Source: Podarcis erhardii (taxonomy: Eukaryota). From it: DNA of 64,000 nucleotides. Location: the NCBI GenBank assembly GCA_964252035.1, contig OZ176216.1. One strand, 5' to 3'. Made by a program: the position numbers and the translations under genes. Shown here in pieces: positions 61,066 through 64,000 of this stretch. Position 1 is the first letter of the stretch, and the number at the start of each line of letters is the position of its first letter. Below the pieces are notes generated by a model that was not told where the DNA came from, searched no databases, and was given only the letters and a program-made list of their open reading frames with translations.

Positions 61066-64000
61066 AATGTATTAAAACCAATACATTCACTGGAACGACA
61101 ACAAACTGCACATGGAGGAAACGCTGCCAGACAGAGAGAATCAAGGTGGCTTTTCCTCTGTTTTTGACATATTCTACCACCACCAACGCCCCTTTGCTTT
61201 GCCAACTCTCCTGTACTGACCCAACTGTGGCACAAATCCATTTCCAAGACAGTAACTGGCCCAGGAATCCCATATCCTGCCCCTCCTCGATTGTGCAAGC
61301 AGGCTGCCATGCAATGCTTGGAGCATGGTGGCAGGGGGTCAGACCCAACCAATTCCTACAGTAGGGAGGGACACACACAGAGCATGCAAATCCTGTCAAT
61401 ACAGCTCCTTGCGGGGAAGACCTGAGTTCAAATCCCTCATCTGGCCACAAAACTCCTTGAGTGACCTCAAGCCATCCACCAGCTTTCTCCTTTGGCCAGG
61501 CCTACATTACAGGGATGGTTGCAAGGAGAAACGTGGGGAACAGGTGTCCATTGCCCCGAGTGCTTTGGGGGAAAGGAAGGGGATGTAAATTAAATATAGG
61601 TGAAGCCTCAGATAGTTGGGGTTGGGGTGCAACCTGGGAAGAATGGAAGAGAAGCAGTGCAGAGCAGTGGTCAGAGCAGGGGGTTCACGATTACTGCATT
61701 GGTAAGCTTTTAATGTTTGATGCTTTATTATGCTTTTTTATGTGTTGGAAGCTTCCCAGAGTGGCTGGGGTAATCCAGCCAGAAGGGTGAGGTGGTGTTG
61801 TTGTTGTTGTTGACTCCTTATCGCTCCTGGATGCTGGCCATTCTGGCTGAGTTGCAGTCCTAAACACCTGGAGGGCACCAGGTTGGCTACCCCCTGGGCT
61901 AGGATCTGGGAGGGGCCAGGGTCCAAAATCCCCTGACGCTCAGCCCTAGGTGAGTCACTGCCTCTCTCTCAGCCCAGCCTGCCTCACAGGGTTGTTGGGA
62001 GGATAACGTGAGAACTTGTGGACATCCAACAAAGCGGAATGTTGGAAGATTCAGGACAGATGGAAGGAAGTCCTCTCTGCTGCAGGATGCAGCGGCAATG
62101 GCCACCGACTTGGATGCTTTTAAGAGAGGATTGGACAGATTCATGCAAGAGGAGAGGGCTATCGATGGCAACCAGCCATGAGGCTTCCGGACAGCAGTTG
62201 CTGAAAATTGCAGGAGGGAAGAGGGCTCCTGGGGTGGGGTGGTGCTTGGGGGCTCCCCCTGTGAGAAGAGGAGGCTGGGCTCGGTGGGCCACTGACCTGA
62301 TCCCGCCGCCAGGCTCTTCTGATATTCCTATGCTAGTGCGGGAGAATCGCACACACCACCCTGAGCTGCTTGGAGGAAAAGCAGAATATAAATGTTGCGA
62401 TGATGGTGGTGGTGGTGCTCTGGGGAGGGAACAGAAGGGCAAGGAAAGCCCCTTCCCGGCTCCCTCTGAGCGTGCGTGCCTGCCGCCCGCCTCCCGCGTG
62501 ACCCCGATGAGCTCAGCCCTGGGAAGAGGCCGGTGGGAAGGTTCAAGGGCAGGCCAGCGGCTGCTCTCCAAATGACTCTCTGCGTGGTTGTGCTCTTGGC
62601 GTGACTCACCTGCCGGCAGGGCCCCCCCTGGGAACCTCCTGCTTCTCACAGCCAGAGGGAAACGGAGCCCCCGGGAGAGGAAGTGGCACCACCTGCTGGT
62701 TGCGGCGGCTGCGCGAGGCGAGGGGGAGGAGGGGGGGCACACATGCACTTCCCCAAAGCGGTGGAGGGATGAGAAATGCGCCCCCGGTGCCCCCCGCCAC
62801 AAAACACGGAGAGCAAAGAAGACAGCCCAGTGGCTGCCCTTTCTCATTGCCTCAACAACCCATTTATGCAGAGGGGGTTCCCCCATCTCCTGCTACCCCA
62901 TACAGAACACACCAAAGCAGACTAGTCCTCAGTGAGGAAGAGGTCACGGACGGCACTTGTTGTTTGGGCGGGGTGTACGGAGGGGCAGCTCGGCTGAGCC
63001 CAGGCCTGGATATTCGTGTGGCTTTTTGTTTACATTGCGCTCCGCTTTGCAACTGTTAATGCATTATCTTGGAATGTTGTTTTATTTCAAATCTGTGCGT
63101 TCTCATGAGCTGCTTGCGCGTGGCTCCGTCATGGGAAAGCAGCACACAAAGAAAGACACTACGATAAGGCTGAAGATCGTTCACCCGCTCACGCGTTTCA
63201 ATCTGAAACACTTGGGAGCAAAACTTCCCAGGGAAAGCTGATTAGGGGAGGTTTGTACAATCATGAGTGTGACTGATGGTGACGAGGGTGCCGTGAGCTC
63301 CTTTTCTAAGTAACTCTGATTCTGGGGGTGGGGAAGCGCCCAAAGCAGGCAATATGAATAAAAGCAATGCCATATCTACAGGAAGGACATAAGGACACAA
63401 GGTCAGCCATCACATTATGAATTTACCAAACGGTGGAGTCGCTCCTGAATGTGGTATCTAAAACTCTTGCTAATAATAAGAATAATTTTATTAATTATAT
63501 AGCCTGTCCATCTGACTGGGTTGCCCCAGCCATTCTGGGTGGCTTCCAACAAAATACAAAAACACAGTAAAACTTCAAACATTAAAAACTCCCAATAGCT
63601 AAATGGTTATCAGACTTCGAAAGGCTGCTTTCGCAAGATTAGGTTCATCAGTTTTGTTGAAATAATAATTAAACTAGCTAGCTGTAATTGGATTTCAAAT
63701 AAATGTGCAAGCAATTGTTACTGCTTTGAATTTTATTGTGTAATTATCTTCCTGAGTGTGTTGTGCATGTCACTATTCTGAATAATGCTTCTTACGGGGT
63801 AGGGTAGGGGGCCTTGAGCTTATGGAACCAAGGGGGCAGAAGCCCCCTCCCCCCCCCCCCATCGGGAACCACCAGCCTAATCCTTTACAGGAACCTAGGA
63901 AGAGTCCTGCAGCCGGTCCCCCCAAAGAGGACCATCCAACACAACATCCTCTGATTAGCAAGTAGGAACCGAGTGAATCAGCAACACTCTCCTCGCCTGC

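Larger units (their letters stand above)
1..64000 (-). other. SMG6: SMG6 gene, partial: the window is internal to the gene; upstream exons lie beyond 64000 and downstream PIN exons before position 1
   Basis: Eight in-phase exons whose peptides match vertebrate SMG6/EST1A in the correct order. No exon matching the flanking SMG6 peptides was recognised in the window. Confidence 0.96.

Overview
This is vertebrate genomic DNA, most likely from a lacertid lizard (inferred from Sauria-type SINEs, BovB and squamate CR1/L2 repeats). The whole window lies inside SMG6 (EST1A, the nonsense-mediated decay endonuclease), transcribed on the minus strand. Eight coding exons were reconstructed with GT-AG boundaries and compatible phases: 60038-60099, 57212-57357, 36076-36192, 33968-34130/34133, 24768-24969, 8017-8193, 5747-5893 and 175-328. 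They join into 1168 nt of open frame running from LNKRFVLSFLHAHGK into the start of the PIN nuclease domain, roughly human exons 9-16 (numbering from memory). The introns are GC-rich and dense in old and young transposons: CR1, L2, BovB, Rex1-like, L1-like, several SINE families, and Tc1/mariner and hAT MITEs. They also hold many CpG-rich non-repetitive blocks that look like conserved enhancers, and a 131-nt assembly gap. I found no CRISPR, rRNA, intact tRNA or second protein-coding gene, and no new biological system that I can support firmly. The best leads are a candidate internal first or poison exon upstream of exon 9, a candidate 67-nt poison exon, an unnamed ~200-bp repeat present twice in inverted orientation, a CR1-tail-plus-flank duplication between two introns, and a near-perfect MITE hairpin. 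Repeat boundaries are approximate unless a TSD or TIR is quoted.
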